The position numbers were made by a program, and so were the translations under genes. A DNA stretch of 64,000 bases from contig CAWGMQ010000006.1 in NCBI GenBank assembly GCA_963823665.1, positions 672,001 through 736,000 of the forward strand, in the 5' to 3' direction. Below, one piece after another: positions 10,701 through 19,807 of this stretch; positions within the stretch are counted from its first letter, which is position 1, and the number at the start of each line of letters is the position of its first letter. The stretch comes from an uncultured Planctomycetota bacterium. GTDB lineage: Bacteria; Planctomycetota; Planctomycetia; Isosphaerales; Isosphaeraceae. Below the pieces are notes generated by a model. It was given only the letters and a program-made list of their open reading frames with translations. It did no database searches and was not told the DNA's origin.

Positions 10701-11136
10701 CGCTCTCGAAGACGAGGTAGCCGACGGGAACGCTTCCCGAATCCATGCGCATGATCATGGGGGGCAATGTCCCCTTGGGCATCCACGACATGGCCCGGTC
10801 CGACATCGCAACGACCTGGGCCATCGCCTGTCCCATGTCGGTGCCCGGGAAGAACGACAGCCGGCACAAGGCGACCTGCTGGATGTTGCGCGTGTCGATA
10901 TCCTGAATGCCGTCAACGTACTGAAAGTACAGCTCGAGCTGGTTCACGATGAACCCCTCGACCTGATCGGGGCTCATGCCGATGTAGTCGAGGAATACAT
11001 AGATCTTGGGGGTGTTGAGCGATGGAAAAATATCGACGCGCATCCGGGTGTAAGCCAGCGCGCCGCCGCTAATGAGGGCGACGACGAGCATGAGCGTGGT
11101 GATCGGCCGCCGCATCGCGAAGACGGTCGGATTCAT
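7790..11136 (-). CDS. RND efflux transporter permease, copy B; split by a 1-nt deletion at ~8863-8865 (probably a sequencing error)
   Basis: ORFs 8797-11136 and 7790-8848 join if GGG is read GGGG (LSGARVEDV, cf. LSGAKVDDV in copy A). Motifs GILVDEATVTIENV, ERLRPILMT and PLGLAVIGGL. Confidence 0.92.
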
Positions 11137-11420
11137 TTATGAGAGCTCCAGGTCGGGTTCGGTCGAATGCAACATGAATTTGACCATTCGGCGCAAGCCA
11201 GAAGTTCTTTTTTCCAGGCGTGGTACACCCTTCGTGAAAATCGCGCGTTAGCAATCGCGCGACACTCGCGGCTCACGTTCTACTGCGGCGCGACAATCGC
11301 GCGACGAATCCGAATGTCAGAACGTCGAGGACTGCCTCGCGGGCAAGCGGAGAAGCTCGCTTGTGCGGGCTCTTGGCGTGCGGTCGACGCAGCAGGGGCG
11401 CATGCGAACCGACATCCAGC

Positions 11421-11780
11421 TCAACATCGCAACGGATGCACGGTCGCCGCGAGGCCGACCGAGATGAGGTTTTGGCCGAATTTGGAGAGGGGAGTAGAGG
11501 CGGGGTCGACCAAGAATCCAGCCAGATGACCGGCCTCGGCCAGTTTCTCTTCGTCCGATTCCGATGCAATAGCTTTGACTTGAACCAAACGCGACGGCAC
11601 CTGATTCACGGAGGTTGGAGCGGAAAGCTTGCCAAAGGCGAAGGTGCGGCCAGCGGTGTCGTTGCCGGCAAGCGCGCCGAGCATCTTCGATGGCCGTACC
11701 GGCGACGTGAGCACCGTCGCAAGCAGGGCCAGCGCCGAGAGCAGCCGAACTCCGTTGCCTTGAACGCTGAGTGTAAACAT
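11421..11780 (-). CDS. small exported hypothetical protein upstream of the RND operon, ending in HPLRC
   Basis: 119-aa ORF with an N-terminal hydrophobic segment (RLLSALALLATVLTSP), co-oriented with the efflux genes. Confidence 0.6.
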   Translation of the reverse strand: MFTLSVQGNGVRLLSALALLATVLTSPVRPSKMLGALAGNDTAGRTFAFGKLSAPTSVNQVPSRLVQVKAIASESDEEKLAEAGHLAGFLVDPASTPLSKFGQNLISVGLAATVHPLRC

Positions 11781-11954
11781 CAGCCCTTCAGAATCTGGAG
11801 CCCAATGAATCCATATAACTCTTATCTTAGACGAAAGCGATTGTCAAGCTTCAGCCGTGAGGTTAGGACGATCGATCCTCGACCAATGCACACGTACATC
11901 CTCGGGCGGATGGACTCTTGCGGTCGAATTCAGCCTGACTGGTCCCGGAGAGAC

Positions 11955-12071
11955 ACAACCGCCTCGCGATTTATGATTTAGGACGCGAATGCAACATTTT
12001 TTACGCAATCGTGTCGGCCGAGAGCGTGGACTGGCAATTCACGTGTAGACCGCGACCGAGCCAAGCTGAGC
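11955..12071 (+). repeat. duplicated non-coding element, copy 1 (putative sigma54-type promoter region)
   Basis: Ungapped alignment to 18223-18339 (offset 6268). The 80-bp core has 61/80 identities by hand count, including exact TGGCAATT and TGTAGACCGCGACCGAG blocks. Confidence 0.8.
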
Positions 12072-12084
12072 CGTCTTCGTCAGT

Positions 12085-12665
12085 GTGTTTCAGGCGGGGA
12101 TCTTTGGCCTGGGACCCAATAGCAGCCTCAACCAGTGGGCCGGTCGCGTCGACGTCAGCCTTCAGGCAATCTGGCAGCTCGACGGTTTCGGTTTTGGAAA
12201 CCTGGCGCGGATCAAGCAGCAGCGAGGCGAGCAGTCCGCGGCGATCGTCGAGCTATTCCACGCTCAGGACCGCGTCTCGGCTGAAGTGACCGAAGCTCAG
12301 GCACACCTGCAATCGGCCGCGGCGCGGGTCGGCCAGGCCCACCGGCGCTGCGGACGGCGATCATTACCCTTAATGGAAACTATGAAGGCCTGCGCCAGAC
12401 CACCCGTCTAGGCGACGTGCTGGTGCTGGTGTACCGTCCGCAGGAGGCGGTCTACGCACTCGAGCTGCTCATGTTCGCCTACAACGAGTACTTCACCACG
12501 GTCGCCGAATATAATCGCGCGCAATTCCATTTGTACCTCGCGCTTGGCTACCCGGCCCGAGAGCTCGCGCACGTCCGGCCCCCCGGTCCCGTCGAGCCCG
12601 TCGACACGGAGCGGCCAGACTATTTGCCGCGGGTGGGCAATGGTCCGCCGCCGGCGACCCGGTGA
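12085..12665 (+). pseudogene. 3' fragment of a TolC-like outer-membrane factor (N-terminal part absent; 1-nt frameshift at ~12344)
   Basis: Joined reading QAGIFGLGPNSSLNQW...IWQLDGFGFGNLARIKQQR...AHRALRTAIITLNGNYEGLRQ...VAEYNRAQFHLYLALGYP resembles an OMF C-terminal half. Only ~190 aa; in-frame TGA at 12067; no signal peptide. Confidence 0.7.
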
Positions 12666-12695
12666 GCGACGACTTCCAGCCGCAGATCGGTATGG

Positions 12696-14165
12696 TCAAG
12701 CCAGGATTTGCTTGATCACGTTCCCGTGCACGTCGGTCAGCCGGAAATCCCGGCCCTGGAAGCGGTACGTCAACCGGGTATGGTCCATTCCGAGCAGGTG
12801 AAGCAGCGTCGCCTGGATGTCGTGGACGTGCACGGGGTTTTCGGTGACGTGGAACCCCAGCTCGTCGGTTGCTCCCAGGGTGAAGCCTGGCTTCAGCCCT
12901 CCTCCGGCCATAAAGAACGTATTGGCGAAGGGATGGTGATCGCGGCCGATGTAGGCGCCTGCGGCCGTGCGCCCTTCGCGGAACGGGGTACGGCCGAACT
13001 CGCCCATCCAGACGACGAGCGTTTCATCCAGGAGGCCGCGGCGTGATAGGTCCTTGATCAAGGCCGACACGGCTTGATCCATCGCGGAGCAGCGTTTTAC
13101 CAGGTTGTCGCCGATGTCTTCGCCGGCGTTCGTGCCGTGGAAATCCCAGCCCCAGTCAAAGAGCTGAACGAAGCGCACGCCCTTCTCGATCAGGCGACGG
13201 GCGAGCAAGCAGTTGTTCGAGAAACTGGCAGCGCCTGGCTGCGCGCCATACTCCTCGAGCACGCGCGGCGGCTCGCGGGAGATGTCCATCAGCTCGGGAA
13301 CGACGAGTTGCATCCGGAACGCCAGCTCGTAGCCGGCAATCCGGGTGGCGGTCTCGGGGTGATTGAGCTCGGCGGCCTGGAGGCGGTTCATCTCGTTGAG
13401 CGCGTCGAGACTGGCGCGACGCAGAGAACGGCTCATTCCCTCGGGGTCGGAGAGGTAGAGAACCGGGTCTCCTCCAGTTCGACACTGGACGCCCTGATAG
13501 ACCGATGGCAGGAAACCGTTGCCCCAGCCGCTCTTGCCTGCGCTCGGAAGCGACCCGCCCGAGACGAACACGATGAATCCGGGCAAGTCGCGATTCTCAG
13601 AGCCCAGGCCATAGGTGACCCACGAGCCAAGAGAAGGGCGGCCGGCAGTGCGGGGGATTCCGGTCAGCAACAAGAGCTCGGCCGGGCCGTGGTTGAACTG
13701 ATCGGTGTACATCGATTTCACGAACGTGAGCCGGTCAGCGATCTCGGCCAGCCGGGGCATTGCGGCGGAGATCCATGCGCCTGAATCACCGTGCTGGCGG
13801 AACTTTTGCGGCGTTCCCTGGAGCTTGGGCGTTCCGCTTGTGAACGCGAATGGCTTGCCCGAGGTGAGCGAGGGCGGGCAGTCCTGGCCGGTTCGTTTGA
13901 TCAGGTCGGGTTTATAATCAAATAGATCGAGATGTGGCGGACCGCCGGCCATGCTCAGGAAGATGACGTTCTTGACCTTGGCGGCGAAATGCGGAGGCTT
14001 GGGCGCGAAGGGGTCATCGTCATTCTGAGGCGTGAGAGTTCGGGCGCGACCTTGGCGGTCGAGCAGCGTCGCCAGGGCCAACCCGCCCAGGCCGAGTGAG
14101 CCCGTGCCGAGAAAATGCCGGCGGGTCTGCGCTGCGATCAGGTCGAGAGGACGGGCGGTTGTCAT
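12696..14165 (-). CDS. DUF1501 domain protein (Tat-exported)
   Basis: TRRHFLG twin-Arg signal; MAGGPPHLDLFDYKP, CLLARRLIEKGVRFVQL, GEFGRTP and GRDHHP. Confidence 0.93.
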   Translation of the reverse strand: MTTARPLDLIAAQTRRHFLGTGSLGLGGLALATLLDRQGRARTLTPQNDDDPFAPKPPHFAAKVKNVIFLSMAGGPPHLDLFDYKPDLIKRTGQDCPPSLTSGKPFAFTSGTPKLQGTPQKFRQHGDSGAWISAAMPRLAEIADRLTFVKSMYTDQFNHGPAELLLLTGIPRTAGRPSLGSWVTYGLGSENRDLPGFIVFVSGGSLPSAGKSGWGNGFLPSVYQGVQCRTGGDPVLYLSDPEGMSRSLRRASLDALNEMNRLQAAELNHPETATRIAGYELAFRMQLVVPELMDISREPPRVLEEYGAQPGAASFSNNCLLARRLIEKGVRFVQLFDWGWDFHGTNAGEDIGDNLVKRCSAMDQAVSALIKDLSRRGLLDETLVVWMGEFGRTPFREGRTAAGAYIGRDHHPFANTFFMAGGGLKPGFTLGATDELGFHVTENPVHVHDIQATLLHLLGMDHTRLTYRFQGRDFRLTDVHGNVIKQILA

Positions 14166-14221
14166 GGTTCTTGTCGTCTCTGCCTGAAGTTGAGGGGCCT
14201 TCCGCTCCCGGTCAGCTTTGC

Positions 14222-16540
14222 TCAGCGGCGGGCAAGCGTTTCGTCGAGGTTCAAGAGGACGTTGCCGACGACGGTCCAGGCGGCTGCATCGAGCGGATCG
14301 GCTCCGGCGGGCATGGGGCCGATGGGCTTGGTCGCCAGGGCGACGGCGCTTGCAGGCTCTCTTGCAAGGGACGCTCGGGCGGTTTCGTACAAAGCGGCGA
14401 GCGTGCGTGTCTCGGCTTCGGTCGGGTGGCGCTGGAGCACCGTCCTGACACCGAAGGCGGCTTTCGAGCGAGTGGTGGGCCCGCCTTCGTGAATGATCCG
14501 GCGCGCAAGCGACTGGGCAGCCTCGACGAAGACTGGATCGTTGAGTGTGACCAGCGCCTGGATCGGCGTGTTGGTGCGGGTGCGGCGCATCGAGCAGACC
14601 GCTCGCTCGGGGACGTCGAAGGCGATCATTGACGGATACGGCAGATTTCGCCGCCAGCGGGTGTAGAGGGCGCGACGATGGGCGTCGTTGCCCTGGCTGG
14701 TTTGCCAGTCCGTGCTCTGGCCGAATGCGGCGGCGAGCCCGTTCAAGGGCTGGAACGGGTGCACGGGCGGGCCGAACATCTTGGGGCTCTGCAACCCGGA
14801 AACGGCCAGCGCCTGGTCCCGGATCGACTCGGCCGACAACCGGGACCTGGGCCCGCGGGAGAGGAGCCGGTTGTATGGGTCGACGCGGGCCGCTTGGTCG
14901 CTGACTCGCGACGATTGGCGGTAGGTCGACGACGTGACGATCAGCTTCAGCAGCCGCTTGGTGTCCCAGCCGAGACGAACGTACTCGATGGCCAGCCAGT
15001 CGAGGAGCTCGGGATGGCTGGGCGGCTCACCCTGGATGCCGAACTCCTCGGCCGTCTCGACAATGCCGATCCCGAATATCTCCTGCCAGAGGCGATTGAC
15101 CGCGACGCGGGCCGTCAGCGCGTTGCCGGGGTCGACGATCCAGCTTGCGAAACCAAGGCGGTCGAGCTTCACGCCGGCTTGTGCCGGATGGATCACAGAC
15201 GGGACGCCGGGAGTGACAAGCTCGCCCGGGTTTTGATACTCGCCGCGGATCGCGACATGTGTCGGCCGCGGCGCGATTTCCTTGAGTATGAGTGTCGTCG
15301 TGGCGACCTGGTCGATCGCCGCACGAAGCTGTTTTAACTTTTCGGGCTGGTCCCTGGCTGTCGGCAACCGGGCCGACAGGGTGGCGAACGCGGCATCGCG
15401 GCCGGCGCGGGCCACTTCCAGCGACGGTTCTTCGCTGTTCGAGTCGGCCGTGTTGTTGAAGATGGCGAAGAGCTGGTAATACTCTTTCTGCGTGAAGGGA
15501 TCATATTTGTGATTATGGCATTGAGCGCAACCGATCGTTGTGCCCAGCCAGACCTGCATGGTGGTGTTGACGCGATCGACAACCGAGGCATGGCGGTACT
15601 CCTCGGCGTTGGCCCCACCCTCGGTGTTGTTGGTCGTATTGCGATGAAAACCGGTCGCAATCAGTTGCGAGGCCGTGGCGCCAGGAATCAAGTCGCCGGC
15701 GAGCATCTCGATCGTGAAGCGGTCGTACGAGAGATTCTGGTTGAGTGACTGGATGAGCCAGTCTCTAAAGCGCCAGATGGTGCGGGGAGGGTCGTGGATA
15801 TACCCTTGCGAGTCACCGTAGCGAGCGAGGTCGAGCCAGACGGCGGCCCAGCGTTCGCCGTAGGACGGCCGGGCGAGGATCGCGTCGACGGCTCGCTCGT
15901 AGGCGTCGGGGCGCGGGTCGTTCACGAATTGCTCCACCTGTTCCCATGTGGGCGGCAGGCCTGTCAAATCGAGTGCCGCTCGTCTGAGAATGGCAGGCCG
16001 ATCGGCGGGTGGCGACGGGCGGAGTCCTTCGGCATCGAGCCGCGCGAGGATGAAGCGGTCGATACCGTTCCTGGGCCACGACGGATCGCTCACTTTCGGC
16101 AGCGGATGACGGACGGGGGCGGCGTAAGCCCAGTGCTTGGTGTATGGAGCGTCTTGCTCGATCCAGCGCTTGATGACGTCGATTTCTGCCGGCGTAGGTT
16201 TCTTGCCGAGCTTCCGCGGCGGCATCGCGGCGGATTCGTCGTGGGTGGTGAGCCGGGCGATGACTTCGCTTTCTTCGGGCCTGCCGGGGACGATTGCTCG
16301 TTCGCCGCTGGGCAGCTCGCCGGTGGCCGCGGCGCGATCGTCCAGACGGAGGCCGGCCTTGCGGGCCTTGTCGTCCGGGCCATGACACTGGAAGCAATAC
16401 CTGGAGAGTATTGGCCGAACCTCGCGCGAGAAGTCGACCGGCCGGGGTGATTTACCGGCCGTCGCTGCCGGAGAGTCCGGAGCAACAACGGCGATCGAGA
16501 TTGCCGCGAACAGTAGCGCTATCAAAGACGCACTCGCCAA
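14222..16540 (-). CDS. planctomycete cytochrome c / DUF1549 (PSCyt2) / DUF1553 (PSD1) protein
   Basis: DFSREVRPILSRYCFQCHGPD, WLDLARYGDS, CAQCHNHKYDP, PSHPELLDWLA and TNTPIQALVTLND. Start uncertain (TTG 16540; an ATG at 16559 is 1 nt out of frame). Confidence 0.93.
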   Translation of the reverse strand: MASASLIALLFAAISIAVVAPDSPAATAGKSPRPVDFSREVRPILSRYCFQCHGPDDKARKAGLRLDDRAAATGELPSGERAIVPGRPEESEVIARLTTHDESAAMPPRKLGKKPTPAEIDVIKRWIEQDAPYTKHWAYAAPVRHPLPKVSDPSWPRNGIDRFILARLDAEGLRPSPPADRPAILRRAALDLTGLPPTWEQVEQFVNDPRPDAYERAVDAILARPSYGERWAAVWLDLARYGDSQGYIHDPPRTIWRFRDWLIQSLNQNLSYDRFTIEMLAGDLIPGATASQLIATGFHRNTTNNTEGGANAEEYRHASVVDRVNTTMQVWLGTTIGCAQCHNHKYDPFTQKEYYQLFAIFNNTADSNSEEPSLEVARAGRDAAFATLSARLPTARDQPEKLKQLRAAIDQVATTTLILKEIAPRPTHVAIRGEYQNPGELVTPGVPSVIHPAQAGVKLDRLGFASWIVDPGNALTARVAVNRLWQEIFGIGIVETAEEFGIQGEPPSHPELLDWLAIEYVRLGWDTKRLLKLIVTSSTYRQSSRVSDQAARVDPYNRLLSRGPRSRLSAESIRDQALAVSGLQSPKMFGPPVHPFQPLNGLAAAFGQSTDWQTSQGNDAHRRALYTRWRRNLPYPSMIAFDVPERAVCSMRRTRTNTPIQALVTLNDPVFVEAAQSLARRIIHEGGPTTRSKAAFGVRTVLQRHPTEAETRTLAALYETARASLAREPASAVALATKPIGPMPAGADPLDAAAWTVVGNVLLNLDETLARR

Positions 16541-16631
16541 TAATCGAACGTCTGACCATCCTGTGACCTGCTTGGATGATAGCTGAGCGCCCGTGCGACT
16601 TCAATGAAACGATTGTTGTTGCCACATTGGA

Positions 16632-17897
16632 TCACCACACGTCTGATTCCTCGTACTGGACGGGTGACTTCCCGTGCTTTTCGATAATGCGCGGAGCCTT
16701 GGCCTTCCCGCCGGGCGGGTCGACACGTTCGAGCTTGACTGAAAAATGCCATTCATCGCCGAAGTCGTAGAGCAGCTCCATGGATTGGCCGGGCTCGAGG
16801 GGCAACGAGCCGATTGAGACCTGGTCGGTCCAGGGCCCTTCCTCGACCGCTGGGTGATTGATCGTGCAAGTTGCTCCCAGGCGATCGCGGTAAGAGAATT
16901 CGTACAAGTGATCGTCGTCGAAGTTAACTGAGCGCAGGATCATGCTCACGAGGTCTTCGAGCGTGGCATCGGCGGGCATGGCGATCAAACGCCAGCAGAT
17001 CCTGCCCAGGGAAACGCGGAAGATGAAGGTGCCGTCGCGCGGCTCGATTTCTGGCAATTCGAGGTTTTGCTGCCATTCCGGAAAATAGGGCTGGAAAAGC
17101 GGCTGCCAGGCGCCGAAGCGAGCCGGGTTCGGCGTTTCAGCAGGATCGTCTTCATTTTCTTGCATCGGATGCAATTCGTCTGAGAAGACGTTGACGCGAG
17201 ATGCGATGAAGGCCAAGGCCGCATCGCCGAATGGAGTGTGGTCGACGCCGGCCGGTTTCCAGGTGCCCGTGGACGTGCGCGGTTGGGCGACTGACAAGAG
17301 GCCGAACAGATCCATCAGGGCGACGTGGTAAAGATCTCCAACGCTCCCCATTACGTACACTTCCTCCGGCTTGATACCTTCGAAGCGATGTCCTTTCGCA
17401 GGAAGATTGCGCCAGACCGAGAGACAGTTCAACAGGAGTGGTTCCTGGCGGCGCCCGCGGTCGCCAACCATCTCCGCGCGGCCGAGGCGGAGCCAGGACT
17501 CGAGCAGGTTGAAGTACTGCTCGACGGTGTTGAGGGCGTTCCACTGCACGAGCATCGACGGCTCGACGATGAGCCTCGCCTTCGCGTTAGCACCTTCGAC
17601 GATCACGATGCCCGAGGCGCGAAGTAGGAGATTGAGCCCTTGCAAGTAGGGGTGAGACCGAAGCTGCGGCCGCGCCAAGGCGAGATTCAAGGGCCGGCTC
17701 AGCCGGCCGTCCAGCTCGCCGATGAGTTTGAGCGGGAGCAAGTTGTATTTCCCGCCTGACTCGATCCCCTCGCGGCCGATGAAATCGAGCAGCATCCGGA
17801 AATCGCGCAAGACCGTACCGGGCTCGGTGTCGGTGATGACCTGGGCTTGCAGGCGTTTTTCATGGTCCCTTGTGAAGTCCTTTTCTCTCATCATCAT
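16632..17897 (-). CDS. plasmid pRiA4b ORF-3-like family protein
   Basis: C-terminal domain WRLIAMPADATLEDL...FDDDHLYEF...LYDFGDEWHFSV. Confidence 0.85.
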   Translation of the reverse strand: MMMREKDFTRDHEKRLQAQVITDTEPGTVLRDFRMLLDFIGREGIESGGKYNLLPLKLIGELDGRLSRPLNLALARPQLRSHPYLQGLNLLLRASGIVIVEGANAKARLIVEPSMLVQWNALNTVEQYFNLLESWLRLGRAEMVGDRGRRQEPLLLNCLSVWRNLPAKGHRFEGIKPEEVYVMGSVGDLYHVALMDLFGLLSVAQPRTSTGTWKPAGVDHTPFGDAALAFIASRVNVFSDELHPMQENEDDPAETPNPARFGAWQPLFQPYFPEWQQNLELPEIEPRDGTFIFRVSLGRICWRLIAMPADATLEDLVSMILRSVNFDDDHLYEFSYRDRLGATCTINHPAVEEGPWTDQVSIGSLPLEPGQSMELLYDFGDEWHFSVKLERVDPPGGKAKAPRIIEKHGKSPVQYEESDVW

Positions 17898-18222
17898 GAT
17901 GATTCATCCCGGATTGAGGTTCTCGAGTAGGACGATTTCCCACCTGGTCGACGAATGGATTGCAGTCAGCCTTGATCGCGGTTGGCCCTCGATCAACAGG
18001 ATTGACCTCGTTTTGGTCTTGTAGTCTTCCTGTACTCGCTTTTCAATACCAACACGGGTCGTTGACTCATCTCCACACACATTTCACCACCACGTCCGGC
18101 TCGTCCGGTTCAGGCAGCTTCGACATCACGTCGTTTTCCGGCACACGCTTCGTCGCCAAGCTTCAGTCGCGCAGTTAGCGGACGGACGGGCCAGTCGGAA
18201 AGACGGCCGGCGCTGAAAAGCC

Positions 18223-18339
18223 GCAAATGCCTCGCCCGACGCGAGTTAAGGCGTGATCTCAACATTTCTTGCGCGATCGTGTCGGGTAGAAACATCGAGT
18301 GGCAATTAGCTTGTAGACCGCGACCGAGACGAGACGAGC
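18223..18339 (+). repeat. duplicated non-coding element, copy 2 (TGGCAATTAGCTTGTA, sigma54 -24/-12-like, at 18300-18315)
   Basis: Ungapped homologue of 11955-12071, lying upstream of the gene starting at 18628. Confidence 0.8.
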
Positions 18340-18627
18340 GACTTTAGCCGGAATGATCGGTCCGGATCGGGCGCTCTAGACACTGACCAGGGCGGCTGAT
18401 CGTCATGTGCGGGCGTTCCCTCCCTGATCCCGCGGGGATGGCATTTGCCAGTCTCCCAGCAACCCCCGCGGGTTTCCGCTTTCAACGGCAATACACGACC
18501 TGCCCCGAGCAGACGGGGCCGGCGCGCGAAGCATCGATCCCGGTGTTTTTCCATGCGTCCGCGTGGGCCGGGACGTGATTGTTCACGATCCGTGCACAGA
18601 TGATTTTTCTACCTTGGAGATGATCAC

Positions 18628-19725
18628 ATGCAGTTAAACAAGCGATCCACACGTAAGCGAAGTGTTCGCCCGGCCGTCGACTCGCTCGAAGGGCGCGCAC
18701 TCCTGAGTACCATCATGCCGCACCACGTCGAGGACATGCGAGTCTCGGCGCACGTGCTCGACGTCAAGCACCACGGCGCCCGCAGGCGCAGAAGCACGCT
18801 CCGAGCATCGTCCTGTTGAACAAGACCACGTTCCGCGGCTTCCAGTTTACGAACGTCAACGGACCGAACGCCGGCACCAACGCGGCCGCCGGCACGAACT
18901 TCAACGGAATCTCGAACAACGGCAATTCAGTCGGCTTCGATATCGAGAACAACGGCGACTTCAGCAACTTCGAGGCCAACCCGCTGAAAACTCGTTCGGC
19001 CAATGTGCTGAATCTCGGCTCAACCGCCGCGAATGCGTTCGGAGTTAACTCCTCCGGCACGGTGGTCGGCACTGACGGCAACGGCAATGCGTTTTATCTG
19101 AATAAGGGCAAGCTGCACACGTTCATCCCCAACGGCGGCATGTCGGCGGTGGCCTTCGGGATCAACGACCACGGCACGATTGTCGGTCAGTACGTGACGT
19201 CGACCGCGACACCGGGGTTCGTCCGGGTTAACGGCAACACATTCCTCACGATCAATGCTCCGTCCGGGCCCAACACCGTCAATGTGCAGAGCATCAACAA
19301 CCACGGGCTGATCGTGGGGTTCTATGTCGGCACGGACGGCCAGGACCATGGCTTCATCGCGACACGAGAACAGCGCGGTGAACGGTGTGATCACGGCCAC
19401 GCCGGTCGCGGACCCGGTCATTCCAACTGTGCCCGGTGAGCCAGGCGCCACATTCGTTTTCTCGCAGATACTCTCGGTCAACGATAAAGGGATCGCCGTG
19501 GGCTACTACGGCGACTCCACCACCAGTCAGCACGGATTCTTCTACAACACCAACACAGGGCAGTACACGTTCCTGGATGATCCGAACGCGGCGTTTTCGG
19601 GCGGCGTGGAGGTGACGCAGATCACGGGTATCACCAATTCGGGCGAGATCACGGGCTTCTATTCCGATGCCAATGGCGTGTTTCACGGGTTCGACGCCAC
19701 GATTGCGAAAGGAGGGCACAGCTAG
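18628..19725 (+). CDS. planctomycete extracellular protein with HAF-like beta-propeller repeats (two frameshifts, ~18780 and ~19362)
   Basis: Leader RPAVDSLEGRALLS. Six repeats: GISNNGNSVG, GVNSSGTVVG, GINDHGTIVG, SINNHGLIVG, SVNDKGIAVG, GITNSGEITG. They span three consecutive ORFs that join with single-base fixes. Confidence 0.85.
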
Positions 19726-19771
19726 ATCGTTCCGCCTCGGGAAATCGATTCTGTGACGGAGCCTCTGGGCG

Positions 19772-19805
19772 AGGCACGGACAGGAAACTGTCCGTGCCTT
19801 TTTTT
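19772..19805 (+). terminator. rho-independent terminator
   Basis: Perfect 12-bp stem AGGCACGGACAG-GAAA-CTGTCCGTGCCT followed by a T tract, downstream of the 19725 stop. Confidence 0.9.
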
Positions 19806-19807
19806 GC

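Noticed and set aside
16632..17897. Plasmid or mobile element implied by the pRiA4b ORF-3 domain
   Set aside because: The domain is common on chromosomes, and there are no rep, tra, integrase or terminal repeats nearby.
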